Assembly (NCBI GenBank): GCA_944390795.1
Contig: CALXRI010000005.1
Span: 84,842 to 148,841, forward strand
DNA length: 64,000 bases
Origin: an uncultured Victivallales bacterium
GTDB lineage: Bacteria > Verrucomicrobiota > Lentisphaeria > Victivallales > UBA1829
Direction of reading: 5' to 3'
Shown: positions 19,315-28,639 of the stretch, piece after piece
Position numbering within the stretch: the first letter of the stretch is position 1
Layout of the letters: each line of letters starts with the position of its first letter
Notes under the pieces: model-generated
What the model saw: the letters and a program-made list of their open reading frames with translations, nothing else
Databases searched by the model: none
What the model was told of the DNA's origin: nothing
Program-made: the position numbers and the translations under genes

Positions 19315-19480
19315 ATCGGTAAAATCCTCCGCGTCAGCAGATCATGCGGGAATATACACCCGGAACACCATTTTTTCCAGCGGAAACACTGCGATATGCC
19401 GGCGGATGACGGGACTTTTGCGCGCGGAGGCTGTATGGCACGCGTGTCTCCCGGATCGTCAGCCCCCTTGTTCCGGTGCG

Positions 19481-20788
19481 TCACCAGACGGAGAAACGGG
19501 AGGTCTCCAGCATTTTCGCCGCAATGATATCGCCGTTCTGCGCGGCGCGGAGCAGCCATTCCTGCGCCTTCACCGTATTCTTGTCCACCCCGAGACCTTC
19601 GGCATAGCAGAGCGCCACCCGGCGCTGCGCCGTGGGATCCTGACGCCGCGCCGCCTGCATGAACCAGTAGAACGCCGCCTGAAGGTCCTTGTTCAATCCG
19701 TTTCCTTCGGCAAACATCGCCGCAAGGTTGTACTGGGCGCGGGGATAACCCAGCTGCGCCGCCTCGTAGAAATACTGGGCGGCAAGCTGCCTGTCCGCCT
19801 CCACGCCGAAGGTGCCGTCGAAATGAATCAGCCCGAGCCTGAAAAGGGCCTGCGCGCAATGCTGATCGGCGGACTTGCGGTACCATTCCAGCGCCTCTTT
19901 CTGCCGTCCGGCGGAAGGATTCCCTTTTGCAAGCTGTTCGGCATACTTGAACTGCCCCATCGGATGCCCCAGTTCCGCCGCTTCGCGGTAAAACGCGGCG
20001 GCCTTTTCCGGGTCGGCCTTGAGAATGCGCCCGGATTCATACAGGAAGCCCAGTTTCGCCTTCGCCTCGGCGTCGCCGAGTTCCGAAGCGCGGGTCAGAA
20101 GCTCCGCCATTTTATCCGGATCGGAGGGACACCCGAAACCTCCGTAGTAACAGTCCGCCAGCATCCGCAGCGCGGCGGGATCGAACTTTTTGCGGGCGGT
20201 GACCTTGGAAAGAACCGAAAACGCGCGCGCCTTTTCCGAAAGCGGGGAATCGCGCCGCAGGAGATAGGAGGCAAGATCCAGTTCCGCAGCTTCAAACTCC
20301 TGTGCGGCAAGGCGTTCAAGGATCTCCAGCGCGCCCGCCTGCGAGGGGCGCAGGAGGGTTTTTCCGTCTTTGGAATAAATCCCGGAGGCAATCAGACGGG
20401 AACACATGTAAAGCGCGGGCTTGAAATCCCGGTCCGCCGCCTTCCGGTACCACTGATAGGCGGCAAAGAGATCTTTCTCCGTTCCGCGCCCGGTTTCGAG
20501 ACAGTGCGCATAATTGAACTGCGCCTCGGGAATTCCGCCTTCCGCCGCTTTGCGGTACCAGTGCGCGGCAAGCGTGAAATTCTGTTTCCGGTTCTCCCCG
20601 TAAAAATACTCGTTGCCGAGATAAAAGCACGCATCCAGTTTTCCGGACTGCGCCTCAGCCCGCAGTTTGTCGACGGGATTCTCCTCATCGCAGAAGGCCG
20701 GCGGGACGGCGAAAACTGCCAGAGATAACAAAAGAATTTTCCTGTTCATCAGAAGAAGCCTCCGGATACGGCGGAACACAGCAGACAC
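19481..20788 (-). CDS. Sel1-repeat (SLR/TPR-like) exported protein
   Basis: Repeated ~36-aa units such as AQFNYAHCLETGRGTEKDLFAAYQWYRKAA. Signal peptide MNRKILLLSLAVFAVPPAFC; the true start may be that internal Met at about 20749. Confidence 0.8.
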   Translation of the reverse strand: MSAVFRRIRRLLLMNRKILLLSLAVFAVPPAFCDEENPVDKLRAEAQSGKLDACFYLGNEYFYGENRKQNFTLAAHWYRKAAEGGIPEAQFNYAHCLETGRGTEKDLFAAYQWYRKAADRDFKPALYMCSRLIASGIYSKDGKTLLRPSQAGALEILERLAAQEFEAAELDLASYLLRRDSPLSEKARAFSVLSKVTARKKFDPAALRMLADCYYGGFGCPSDPDKMAELLTRASELGDAEAKAKLGFLYESGRILKADPEKAAAFYREAAELGHPMGQFKYAEQLAKGNPSAGRQKEALEWYRKSADQHCAQALFRLGLIHFDGTFGVEADRQLAAQYFYEAAQLGYPRAQYNLAAMFAEGNGLNKDLQAAFYWFMQAARRQDPTAQRRVALCYAEGLGVDKNTVKAQEWLLRAAQNGDIIAAKMLETSRFSVW

Positions 20789-20992
20789 ACGGCGGAATCC
20801 GTCCGAATTCCCCGATTGACGTAATATATCCCCGCACGCGGGAGATTGCCAGCCCGAAGCTCAGAAAGTTACATTTTTTGCGCGCTTTTTAATCTATTAT
20901 TACATTTTTGTAATAAATCAATTTTTCATTTTTCATCCATGCAAAGACATAATCAATTGATATCAATAGAGTTACAGCAATACATAAAAAGT

Positions 20993-21007
20993 TGGCATAT
21001 CTTTTGC
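20993..21007 (+). promoter_or_regulatory. sigma54 (-24/-12) promoter upstream of glnK-amt
   Basis: TGGCAT-ATCTT-TTGC matches TGGCAC-N5-TTGC. It lies 54 nt upstream of the glnK ATG, in an AT-rich region containing the palindromes ATCAATTGAT and TTGATATCAA (20952-20966). Confidence 0.6.
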
Positions 21008-21060
21008 TAATAAATAGAACCATACAAAAAAGAAATGCGCGGCAGGAAAGGAGTCTGACC

Positions 21061-21402
21061 ATGAAACTGATCATCGCCTACATCAAACCCGAACGGCTGA
21101 ACGCCGTGAAACAGGAACTTTATGCAAGGGAAATCTTCAAAATTTCCGTCACGAACACACTGGGCTGCGGTCAGCAGAAAGGATATGTTTCCACGTATCG
21201 CGGATCGGAAATCGAAGTGAATCTTCACAAGAAAGTGCGTCTCGCCATCGGCGTGAATGACGAGTTTGTAGAAAAAACCGTGGAAGGGATCATTGCCGGC
21301 GCACGCACAGGATACATCGGAGACGGAAAAATCTTCATCCTCCCGATGGAGGAATGCATCCGGATCCGGACCGGCGAACGGGGACGCGACGCCATCGGAT
21401 GA
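21061..21402 (+). CDS. glnK: P-II nitrogen regulatory protein
   Basis: [20 protein letters not shown]..., T-loop [21 protein letters not shown]. The track ORF start (20992) is trimmed to ATG 21061. Confidence 0.92.
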   Translation: MKLIIAYIKPERLNAVKQELYAREIFKISVTNTLGCGQQKGYVSTYRGSEIEVNLHKKVRLAIGVNDEFVEKTVEGIIAGARTGYIGDGKIFILPMEECIRIRTGERGRDAIG

Positions 21403-21457
21403 ATTCAGCAACCGTTTTTCCATCAAAAAATCAAGACACATGAAAAAGGAGTTTACC

Positions 21458-22774
21458 ATGAATCGAACGAAATTTCCTCTCTGCACGCTCATGCTGTGTC
21501 TCGCGGCATGCGCCGGAGCCGCGGAGGCCGGGACATCGGCGGAAACAGCAAAGGAAGCGATGTTCACCGTGAACAATCTCTGGATCATGATCGCGGCAAT
21601 GCTCGTATTCATCATGAATCTGGGATTCGCCACGGTGGAGTCCGGACTCGCCCGGGCCAAAAACTGCACGAACATTCTCTTCAAAAACCTGATGGTCCCG
21701 GCAATCGGCATTCTGACGTTCGCGCTCTGCGGATTCTCGCTGATGTATCCGGAAGGGCACTGGACGCTTTCCGGGATTCTGGGGTGGAACGGCTTCGGTC
21801 TTGCCGCGCCCGCCGGCGCGCCGGAAGGATACAACGGAACATTCACATACTGGACGATGTTTTTCTTCCAGAGCATGTTCGCGGCAACGGCGGCGACGAT
21901 CGTCTCGGGAGCGGTCGCGGAACGGATCAAACTGAATGCGTTCCTGATCTTCACGCTTCTCTATGCGGCGCTCGTCTATCCGGTGATCGGATCATGGGGC
22001 TGGGGCGGCGGCTTTCTGGATAAAATGCACTTCCACGACTTCGCCGGATCGACCTTCGTTCACAGTGTCGGCGGCTGGGGTGCGCTTGCGGGCGTGATTC
22101 TTCTGGGGCCGCGCATCGGCAAGTTTGTGAACGGGCACAGCATGCCGATCATGGGGCACAGCATGCCGCTGGCGACAATCGGAGTATTTCTGCTCTGGTT
22201 CGGATGGTTCGGATTCAACGGCGGCTCGGTTCTGAGCGCGGACCCGGAAAAGGTCTCCTATGTGCTGGTGACAACAACGCTCGGAGCGGTTGCGGGAATT
22301 GTCGCGGCGATGCTGGCAAGCACGGTCTTCCTCAAAAAACCGGATCTCTCCATGACGCTGAACGGCTGTCTCGCCGGACTCGTCGGAATCACGGCGGGCG
22401 CGGACTGCGTAAGCATTCCCTCCTCGCTCGCAATCGGTGCAGTCGCGGGCGTCATCGCGGTCGGAAGTGTTCTGCTTTTTGACCGCCTCCGCCTTGACGA
22501 TCCGGTCGGCGCGCTGTCGGTTCATCTCTGCGGGGGGATCTGGGGAACGCTTGCGGTCGGGATCTTTTCCACGAATCCGGAATACACATTCCTGACCCAG
22601 CTTGCGGGAGCGGGCTGCGCGGCGCTTTCCTTCCCGTGCGCCCTTGCAATCTTCTGGGTTCTCAAAAAGACGATCGGCATCCGGGTCTCCGCGGACGAGG
22701 AGCTGCGCGGACTGGATCTCGGCGAACACGGCATGGAGGCTTACGCGGGATTCCAGATCTTCAGCAATCAGTAA
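21458..22774 (+). CDS. amt: ammonium transporter Amt
   Basis: Signal peptide MNRTKFPLCTLMLCLAACAGAAEA with AAGGAG RBS. Amt motifs FATVESG, DFAGSTFVHSVGG, FGWFGFNGGS, HLCGGIWG. Confidence 0.92.
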   Translation: MNRTKFPLCTLMLCLAACAGAAEAGTSAETAKEAMFTVNNLWIMIAAMLVFIMNLGFATVESGLARAKNCTNILFKNLMVPAIGILTFALCGFSLMYPEGHWTLSGILGWNGFGLAAPAGAPEGYNGTFTYWTMFFFQSMFAATAATIVSGAVAERIKLNAFLIFTLLYAALVYPVIGSWGWGGGFLDKMHFHDFAGSTFVHSVGGWGALAGVILLGPRIGKFVNGHSMPIMGHSMPLATIGVFLLWFGWFGFNGGSVLSADPEKVSYVLVTTTLGAVAGIVAAMLASTVFLKKPDLSMTLNGCLAGLVGITAGADCVSIPSSLAIGAVAGVIAVGSVLLFDRLRLDDPVGALSVHLCGGIWGTLAVGIFSTNPEYTFLTQLAGAGCAALSFPCALAIFWVLKKTIGIRVSADEELRGLDLGEHGMEAYAGFQIFSNQ

Positions 22775-22884
22775 ACCGTCCGTCCTCTTCCCCGCAGCTC
22801 ATGCGGCGGGGAAAGGGAAATTCCATGAACTCTCTCCCGCTCCTCCGGGTCTTCTCTCTCTCCGCCCGGGGGAGCTTTTTCCGC

Positions 22885-24477
22885 TTATTTCCGATCGGAG
22901 GAAAGGATCTGTCCGTTGTCGTTGGGATCCTCCACGCGTTTTTCCAGGTCGATGAACAGGCGCCGCGCGTCATGAATGCCGCCGATCAGGAACCAGACCG
23001 TCGAGATGATTCCGACAATGGCGGGAATAATCAGCGATGTGATGCAGAATTTGACCGTCCACCATTCATGCGGCCACGGGCTGATCACATTCCAGATGAC
23101 GATCATGAGAAACACGATCCCGATCTGATAGACAATCGAGTAGCCGAAGACGGAATAGGCGATGATCCTGTCGCCGAGCGTGTATTCCTTCGTGATGCCG
23201 ATCAGCTTGCTGAAAATGTTGCGGATCGTCCAAGGTTCGGGAGGCTGCACCGCATCGTCCGGATCGGCGTAGGCGCCGCGATGCAGAAGCCTGTCCAGAT
23301 TGAAGGGCTTGTAGGTGAGATAGGATCCGACGATGTACCCGCCGACGGAAAGGATCATGGAAATGAAGTAGATTTCAAAGGAGTTGATCGGAAATTTCAC
23401 CGGATCCATGCTCCATTCAATCCAGGGATTGAAGGGCGACGAAACGGTTTCGAGAAAGGAGTTCAGCGGCTCCACCATGCCGTTCTGCTCCAGGACCGGA
23501 TAAATGTTCCTGGCCCAGTTCCGCTGGAAAATCAGTCCGAGCAGGGAAGTTCCGGATCCCAGAATGATCGCGCACCACGCGCCGGTCAGGTTGCCGAAGC
23601 GGCTGTAGAGCCCGAACACCATGATCGGCCCCGCACCGCCGAGCCAGACCGCGCACATGATCGTCGTGAACATGTTGATGTAGTCCAGCTGGGCGAAAAA
23701 GAGCGAAACGATCAGGAAGAAAACCGCAACGCCGACGCTCGTCAGACGCAGCAGCAGCAGATGCAGCTCCTGCGGCAGATGCCCTTTGAAGAGAGGCAGA
23801 ATCACGTCCTGCATCAGGGTTGACGATGCATTGAAGATCCGGCTGTCGTCAGTCGAAATCAGAAGCATGATCATCAGCAGGCAGAAGAGCCCGAGCATGC
23901 CGACGGGAAAGATCCTGCTTACCACGGCGGGCATCATCATCTGCTGATAGAGCGAGCGGTATTTCTGGAACTGGTAACGCGCCTCCGGCGTGTCGCCGAG
24001 CGTGTTTCTGACTGCGGCGAAATAAGGCGTGTCCGGATTGCTCTTCTGGGAAACGGGAGCCTCCCACGTCTCGCGGGTCAGCGTCTGCGGAATCTTGTGG
24101 ATTTCGTCGATCACCTTTGCTTTGACGGCTTTGTCGGCGATGACCTCGTCCAGGATCTTCGCGGAAAGCTCCTGGCGGATCTGCGTATTGGAGATTTTGA
24201 AGCGGTTGTCCGGATTCGCAAAATGCGGGCTTGTCATGAAAACAATGACCACGATCGCGAGCAGAAGGATCATCATGTAGGAGAAACCGTTCTTCCACGA
24301 ACCGAGCACGTTCGCCATTTTCTGTTCGTGCGGGGTTCTTCCCGTTCCGCTGGTGTCGTTTCCGATCCATCCGGCGCGGTTGAGAACGGAGCCGAGCAGG
24401 GTCACGATCAGCGCGAAGATGTTGAAGTCGCGGAGCTGCCTGATGTCGTAGGGATTCATGAAGCTCTGGCCCTCCAC
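22885..24477 (-). CDS. sodium:solute symporter (SSF)-like membrane protein, apparently lacking the N-terminal helices
   Basis: About 9 hydrophobic helices. SSF-like stretches LLISTDDSRIFNASSTLMQDV and VFGLYSRFGNLTGAWCAIILGSG. The track start is GTG 24477; an in-frame ATG lies at 24459. Confidence 0.55.
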   Translation of the reverse strand: MEGQSFMNPYDIRQLRDFNIFALIVTLLGSVLNRAGWIGNDTSGTGRTPHEQKMANVLGSWKNGFSYMMILLLAIVVIVFMTSPHFANPDNRFKISNTQIRQELSAKILDEVIADKAVKAKVIDEIHKIPQTLTRETWEAPVSQKSNPDTPYFAAVRNTLGDTPEARYQFQKYRSLYQQMMMPAVVSRIFPVGMLGLFCLLMIMLLISTDDSRIFNASSTLMQDVILPLFKGHLPQELHLLLLRLTSVGVAVFFLIVSLFFAQLDYINMFTTIMCAVWLGGAGPIMVFGLYSRFGNLTGAWCAIILGSGTSLLGLIFQRNWARNIYPVLEQNGMVEPLNSFLETVSSPFNPWIEWSMDPVKFPINSFEIYFISMILSVGGYIVGSYLTYKPFNLDRLLHRGAYADPDDAVQPPEPWTIRNIFSKLIGITKEYTLGDRIIAYSVFGYSIVYQIGIVFLMIVIWNVISPWPHEWWTVKFCITSLIIPAIVGIISTVWFLIGGIHDARRLFIDLEKRVEDPNDNGQILSSDRK

Positions 24478-24528
24478 GCGGTTCCACCATTTCTTCCTCC
24501 CGTTGTTTTTTATTTTGAAACTCTTCTC

Positions 24529-25575
24529 TCAAAACAGATAGTGACACTGATTCACAACAAGCTGCGCCTCAAGAATCTCCTTCGGGACCGGGACATTCCC
24601 GCGCTGCGCGGCGCGAATATAGGAAAGCGCCCTGTCCGTCATTTCGGCAAACGGCATTTTCAAACAGGAGATCGGGATGCGCATATTTTCCGCAATCCGC
24701 TCCACATTGTCGAAACATATCACACTGACATCCTTTCCAACGGCAATGTTCATCTGCCTCAGAATCACGGAGAGGACGGACAGCAGACTGCTGCAGGAGA
24801 CAAAAAACACCTGCGGACGCACCCGCTCGATTCTCCGGCATGCCAGATTCAGGTCCGCATACAGTTCTCCGGTCCGGAACAGAAGTTCCTCCGGCACGCC
24901 GCCCGCAACTTCGCGGTAGGCCGAGCGCCAGCCCTGCGATCTCGTGTAATCCGCAAAATACCGGTCGCCCGGGTGATCCGCCCCGCCGATCATGGCGATG
25001 CGTTCGGCGCCGTTCCGCAGAAGGCGCGCCACCAGTTTCCGCGATGTGTTCTCGTAATCCACCGCAAAATAGGCAAACCGAGGATGAACCGGCATGCGGT
25101 TGATGAAAACGACCGGACAATCCGCCCGGTATTCCTTTTCCATCCGCCGGAGCTCGTCAGGACTCGTGTTCGCAATGAAAACGGCGCCGTCGATCCCCTC
25201 TCCGCGAATCAGTTCATGGTTTTTCTTCACGATCAGTTCGCCATTCAGACGTTCCGCCGCATGCATCAAGGATTCGTAAAGCAGCGTCTGATAAGTCTGA
25301 TCCGAAGCGGAGGACAGGGAGATCCCGATCCGGAGCTTCTCGCGCCTTTCCTTTTCCGCGCGGGAAAGGACAATGCATCCGACGCCCGGCTGTTTCCTCA
25401 CATATTTCTCACGCTCCAGCAGCGCCAGCGCGCTCCGGACCGTCGTCCGGCTGATCCGGTAGGTCTCCATGAAGCTGCGTTCCGAAGGCAGTTTGTTTCC
25501 AGGCGGAATTTCGCCGTTGCGGATATGCTGCTTCAGTTCCTCGTAAAGAATCACGTATTCCGATTTCCTGTCCAT
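24529..25575 (-). CDS. AraR-type chimeric regulator (GntR winged-helix N-terminus + LacI/PBP1 sugar-binding domain)
   Basis: LPSERSFMETYRISRTTVRSALALLEREKYV (GntR HTH), followed by about 270 aa of a LacI-like ligand-binding fold. Confidence 0.8.
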   Translation of the reverse strand: MDRKSEYVILYEELKQHIRNGEIPPGNKLPSERSFMETYRISRTTVRSALALLEREKYVRKQPGVGCIVLSRAEKERREKLRIGISLSSASDQTYQTLLYESLMHAAERLNGELIVKKNHELIRGEGIDGAVFIANTSPDELRRMEKEYRADCPVVFINRMPVHPRFAYFAVDYENTSRKLVARLLRNGAERIAMIGGADHPGDRYFADYTRSQGWRSAYREVAGGVPEELLFRTGELYADLNLACRRIERVRPQVFFVSCSSLLSVLSVILRQMNIAVGKDVSVICFDNVERIAENMRIPISCLKMPFAEMTDRALSYIRAAQRGNVPVPKEILEAQLVVNQCHYLF

Positions 25576-25594
25576 GAAAAAAAGACCTTCTATT

Positions 25595-25621
25595 AGATAC
25601 CGGTATCAGATACTGGTATCT
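25595..25621. promoter_or_regulatory. tandem palindromic operator
   Basis: GATACCGGTATC (perfect 12-bp palindrome, 25596-25607), then 1 nt, then GATACTGGTATC (25609-25620). It lies between the -10 box and the start codon of the regulator gene. Confidence 0.55.
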
Positions 25622-25649
25622 ATTATACTGTAAGAAAGAAAAAAAGCAA
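25622..25649 (-). promoter_or_regulatory. sigma70-type promoter of the regulator-transporter operon
   Basis: Minus strand: TTGCTT(25649-44)-16 nt-TATAAT(25627-22), abutting the operator. Confidence 0.5.
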
Positions 25650-25698
25650 GAGGAAAAAGAGAAAAAGTTTGATTTTTCAAAAGGAAGATTGCAGCCGT

Positions 25699-27894
25699 TC
25701 AGCGGAGCGCACCGGCAGACACGTGCAAGGTTCCGCTCCCGGGCGAGAGCTCCAGGCCGCGGAGGAGCGGTTTCCTCCGGAGGATCCGGAAAAACTGGAA
25801 CAGTCCGAAAGCCGCCGCGACGCAGACAAACGGAAGCGCCGGAAGCTGGTAGCGCGGAATCGCGATCGGCCCCGGCATGAAAAGATAATACCCCGCAAGC
25901 AGAAGCAGGATCAGGAAATACAGGAAATGCCTGCGGTCCAGCGAAAGGAGCAGGAACCAGCCCAGCCCGAGCGCATAGAACATGTACAGCACGGCAGTTG
26001 CGGCAAACGCGCCCGACGCAACCGGCTGCGCCCGGGGCGAATCCGGCGGCCGGTTTCCCGTCCTGCCGATATTGAAATTTTCAAACAGCGCGCTGAAATC
26101 CGGCGAGACGATCCGCCGCAGGCTGTCGCCGCTGAAATGAAGTTTCAGATAACGCAGCGGATGGGAGAAAATCAGTTCCAGCATTTTTCTGTCACGATGG
26201 CGCAGCTGCGCGGCAATCGTGCCGTATTGTTCCGGCGCGGCGGCATACACCTTGCGCTCCTCCCGGCGGAAAGCCTCCATATGGGTGAGAAGATTTCCCT
26301 TCCCCTCCAGATCCGCCTTCAGAGCGGACGCGTTTTTCAGCAGCGCTTCCGAAGAAATGGTGTCGATCCGCCAGCCGATTCCGGCAAGATGACTGCCGAA
26401 CATCCACGGCAGAATCACGCCCGCGAAAAGCAGGAGAGAGATGACGACATAATTGAATTTCAGATGCGCGCGGAGTTTATGGAAAAAGAGAATCACGATC
26501 ACGCAGGGGATGATCCAGAGCGCGTTTGCAGGCCGGATCAGCGCGGCGCCCCCGGCAAGGAGAATCGCGCAGATCAGATTCATGCCGAACGCGCTTTTGA
26601 TGAAACGGAGGAAAAAATATCCCTGCAGCGCGACGAGAAAGGCGAACAGCGTGTCGGGCAGGAACATCGGACTCAGGGCAACCGCCGTCGGATTCAGCGC
26701 GAACAGGAGTCCCGCGCCGAGCCCGACATGCGGAGAGCCGAAGAGCCTGCCGGAAAAAAAGACCGGAAACACAATCAGCGCCCCGAGCAGACACCCCGCC
26801 AGAATGCAGAAGACAAGACTCCCGGAAGAGAGTTTGAAGAGGAGGGCCAGCCATGCGGGATACAGCGGCGCGCGGACATTGTCCAGCGACGTGATTTCGT
26901 ATGCCGGCGTGCCGGATGGAAATATCGCGATGCAGGAAGGATAGCGCGCCCGGAAAACGCCGTGTTTGAGAATCTGATTTGCGGATGTGAGGAACGCATC
27001 GCTTTCCGCGCGCATCTGAAGATCCGGGTTGCCGAGCGAAGGCAGAGCGAAAAAAAGACGAACGAAGAACGCCAGAAAAAAAACGCTCCAGAGGAGCAGA
27101 GAGATTTTCCGGTGATTGCGGAGCGCGTTCCCGAGTTCCGGCGCGGAAGCTCCGAGGGTCCTGCGGATCCCCTTCAGGGAGGCGAAACGCCAGCGGAACG
27201 CGGTCCAGAGTCCCTGCGCGCCGTCCTTCCATTTGATCTTCTTCCCTTCGGTGATTTTCCGGGGATAATAGGCGACCGGAACTTCGCGGATCTCAAATCC
27301 CGTCCGCAGGAGTTTTGCCGTAACCTCCGGTTCCCACTCGAACTTGTCTCCGTCAATCGGAAGCGAACGGATCAGGGAACCGTCAAAGGTTTTGTAACAG
27401 GTCGGCTCGTCGGTCAGATCCGCATGGTAAAGCAGGTTGATCCAGAACGTCAGCAGAAGTCCGCCGAGATAAAACGACGGCGACGAATAGAGGCGGTTCC
27501 GGTTCTCCTCCTCGCGCGAACCGTAGACGACCTTGCATTCCCCGTCGAGAATCGGCCGGATGCACGCTTCATAATTGCGCGGATCATATTCGAGATCGGC
27601 GTCCTGAATGATGACGACGTCACCCGTCGACGCCCGGATTCCCGCCTTGACTGCGGAACCCTTCCCGCCGTTCTCCTTGTTCAGGAAGACAATTTTCGCC
27701 GCGCTTTTCTTCTGTCCGGAGATCCAGTTCCGAATCAATTCCGGCGAAGAATCCGTGGATCCGTCGTTGACAATGATGAGTTCCAGAGGCACGGAAACGC
27801 CGCAGCGCATCACTTTGTCCAGAAGCGATACCACGGTCTTTTCCTCGTTGTAAACGGGAATGATGACGGAAAGTATTTTCTGTTTCTGCGTCAT
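25699..27894 (-). CDS. fusion glycosyltransferase: GT2 polyprenol-phosphate sugar synthase domain + multi-pass GT-C (ArnT/PMT-like) domain
   Basis: Start trimmed to ATG 27894: MTQKQKILSVIIPVYNEEKTV...IIVNDGSTD...IIQDADLEYDP (GT2 DxD). This is followed by more than 10 TM helices of the ArnT/PMT_2 type. Confidence 0.75.
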   Translation of the reverse strand: MTQKQKILSVIIPVYNEEKTVVSLLDKVMRCGVSVPLELIIVNDGSTDSSPELIRNWISGQKKSAAKIVFLNKENGGKGSAVKAGIRASTGDVVIIQDADLEYDPRNYEACIRPILDGECKVVYGSREEENRNRLYSSPSFYLGGLLLTFWINLLYHADLTDEPTCYKTFDGSLIRSLPIDGDKFEWEPEVTAKLLRTGFEIREVPVAYYPRKITEGKKIKWKDGAQGLWTAFRWRFASLKGIRRTLGASAPELGNALRNHRKISLLLWSVFFLAFFVRLFFALPSLGNPDLQMRAESDAFLTSANQILKHGVFRARYPSCIAIFPSGTPAYEITSLDNVRAPLYPAWLALLFKLSSGSLVFCILAGCLLGALIVFPVFFSGRLFGSPHVGLGAGLLFALNPTAVALSPMFLPDTLFAFLVALQGYFFLRFIKSAFGMNLICAILLAGGAALIRPANALWIIPCVIVILFFHKLRAHLKFNYVVISLLLFAGVILPWMFGSHLAGIGWRIDTISSEALLKNASALKADLEGKGNLLTHMEAFRREERKVYAAAPEQYGTIAAQLRHRDRKMLELIFSHPLRYLKLHFSGDSLRRIVSPDFSALFENFNIGRTGNRPPDSPRAQPVASGAFAATAVLYMFYALGLGWFLLLSLDRRHFLYFLILLLLAGYYLFMPGPIAIPRYQLPALPFVCVAAAFGLFQFFRILRRKPLLRGLELSPGSGTLHVSAGALR

Positions 27895-28006
27895 GTCTCT
27901 TCCATGTTTCAAAGCGGCAATATAGCACAGACTGCGGGAAGTTGCAAACAGCAGGCGCGAAATGGATTTTTTCCGTTCCTGACACGCGGAACGGAAACAG
28001 CAATGT

Positions 28007-28639
28007 TCACTGACGCCTGGCGGGAAGCAATGCCTGTCCCCGTTCCCGCCCGCGGAGGAAAATCCGGATTTTCTCCATGCGCGGAGGAGAAACACGGATT
28101 TCAAAGGATTCCATCCGGAGCCGGATTTCATCCGGTTCGAGACGGATGCCGTTTTTCCGGAAAAAACCGGCCACGGCGGAAATCTCCTTTTCCGTGATTT
28201 CCGGAAAACCGCCGAATGCAAGGGAGAGCGATTCCGGCGCAGCGCCCCCCGGAACGACCCGTTTTCCCGCAGCGGCGACACCAGCCCGCATTTCCTCAGC
28301 GGACTGGAAAACATCCAGTCTGACACGCCGGCGTTCGTCCGGCGCGGAGAACAGTACGGCACAGAGAACCGCCGCGCAGGCAACAAGCATCGCGGCAATC
28401 TTCCAGAGCGCACGGACGGCGGAGAAACGCCTGCGCGGACTCATCGCCCTGCGGATTTCCGCACGGTTCGAATCCGGCAATGTCCCTTCCGGCTCCCGGG
28501 TGCGGGAAAGCTCTTCGAGTTCCGTGCGGTAGGCAGGACACAATTCCGGATGCGCGCACAGTTCCGACTCCTCGTCCGGAGAAAGTTCCCCGGCGAGGCA
28601 ACCGGTCATGCGCTTCCGGCAGTTTTCACAGGCGTTCAT
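28007..28639 (-). CDS. anti-sigma-factor-like single-pass membrane protein (zf-HC2-like N-terminus)
   Basis: Start trimmed to ATG 28639 (GGGGAGGAGGGG upstream). MNACENCRKRMTGCLAGELSPDEESELCAHPELCP, then TM ALWKIAAMLVACAAVLCAVLF. Confidence 0.5.
   Translation of the reverse strand: MNACENCRKRMTGCLAGELSPDEESELCAHPELCPAYRTELEELSRTREPEGTLPDSNRAEIRRAMSPRRRFSAVRALWKIAAMLVACAAVLCAVLFSAPDERRRVRLDVFQSAEEMRAGVAAAGKRVVPGGAAPESLSLAFGGFPEITEKEISAVAGFFRKNGIRLEPDEIRLRMESFEIRVSPPRMEKIRIFLRGRERGQALLPARRQ

Noticed and set aside
22788-22813. GC hairpin TTCCCCGC-(10 nt)-GCGGGGAA between the convergent amt and SSF genes, considered as a terminator
   Set aside because: No U-tract follows on either strand. It may still act as a terminator or stabiliser, but the evidence is insufficient for a feature call.
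27971-27996. Hairpin TTCCGTTCC-(8 nt)-GGAACGGAA after the anti-sigma-like gene
   Set aside because: On the coding (minus) strand it is followed by an A-run rather than a U-run, so it is not a canonical intrinsic terminator.
27895-28413. 5' extension of the track ORF 25699-28413
   Set aside because: It would overlap the anti-sigma-like gene. GT2 enzymes start at the ILSVIIPVYNEE motif, which directly follows ATG 27894.
28461-28480. GGTTCGAATCC (tRNA T-loop-like string)
   Set aside because: The flanking bases do not form a T-stem (CACGG versus CCGGC). No acceptor or anticodon arms are present. It lies inside the anti-sigma-like coding region.
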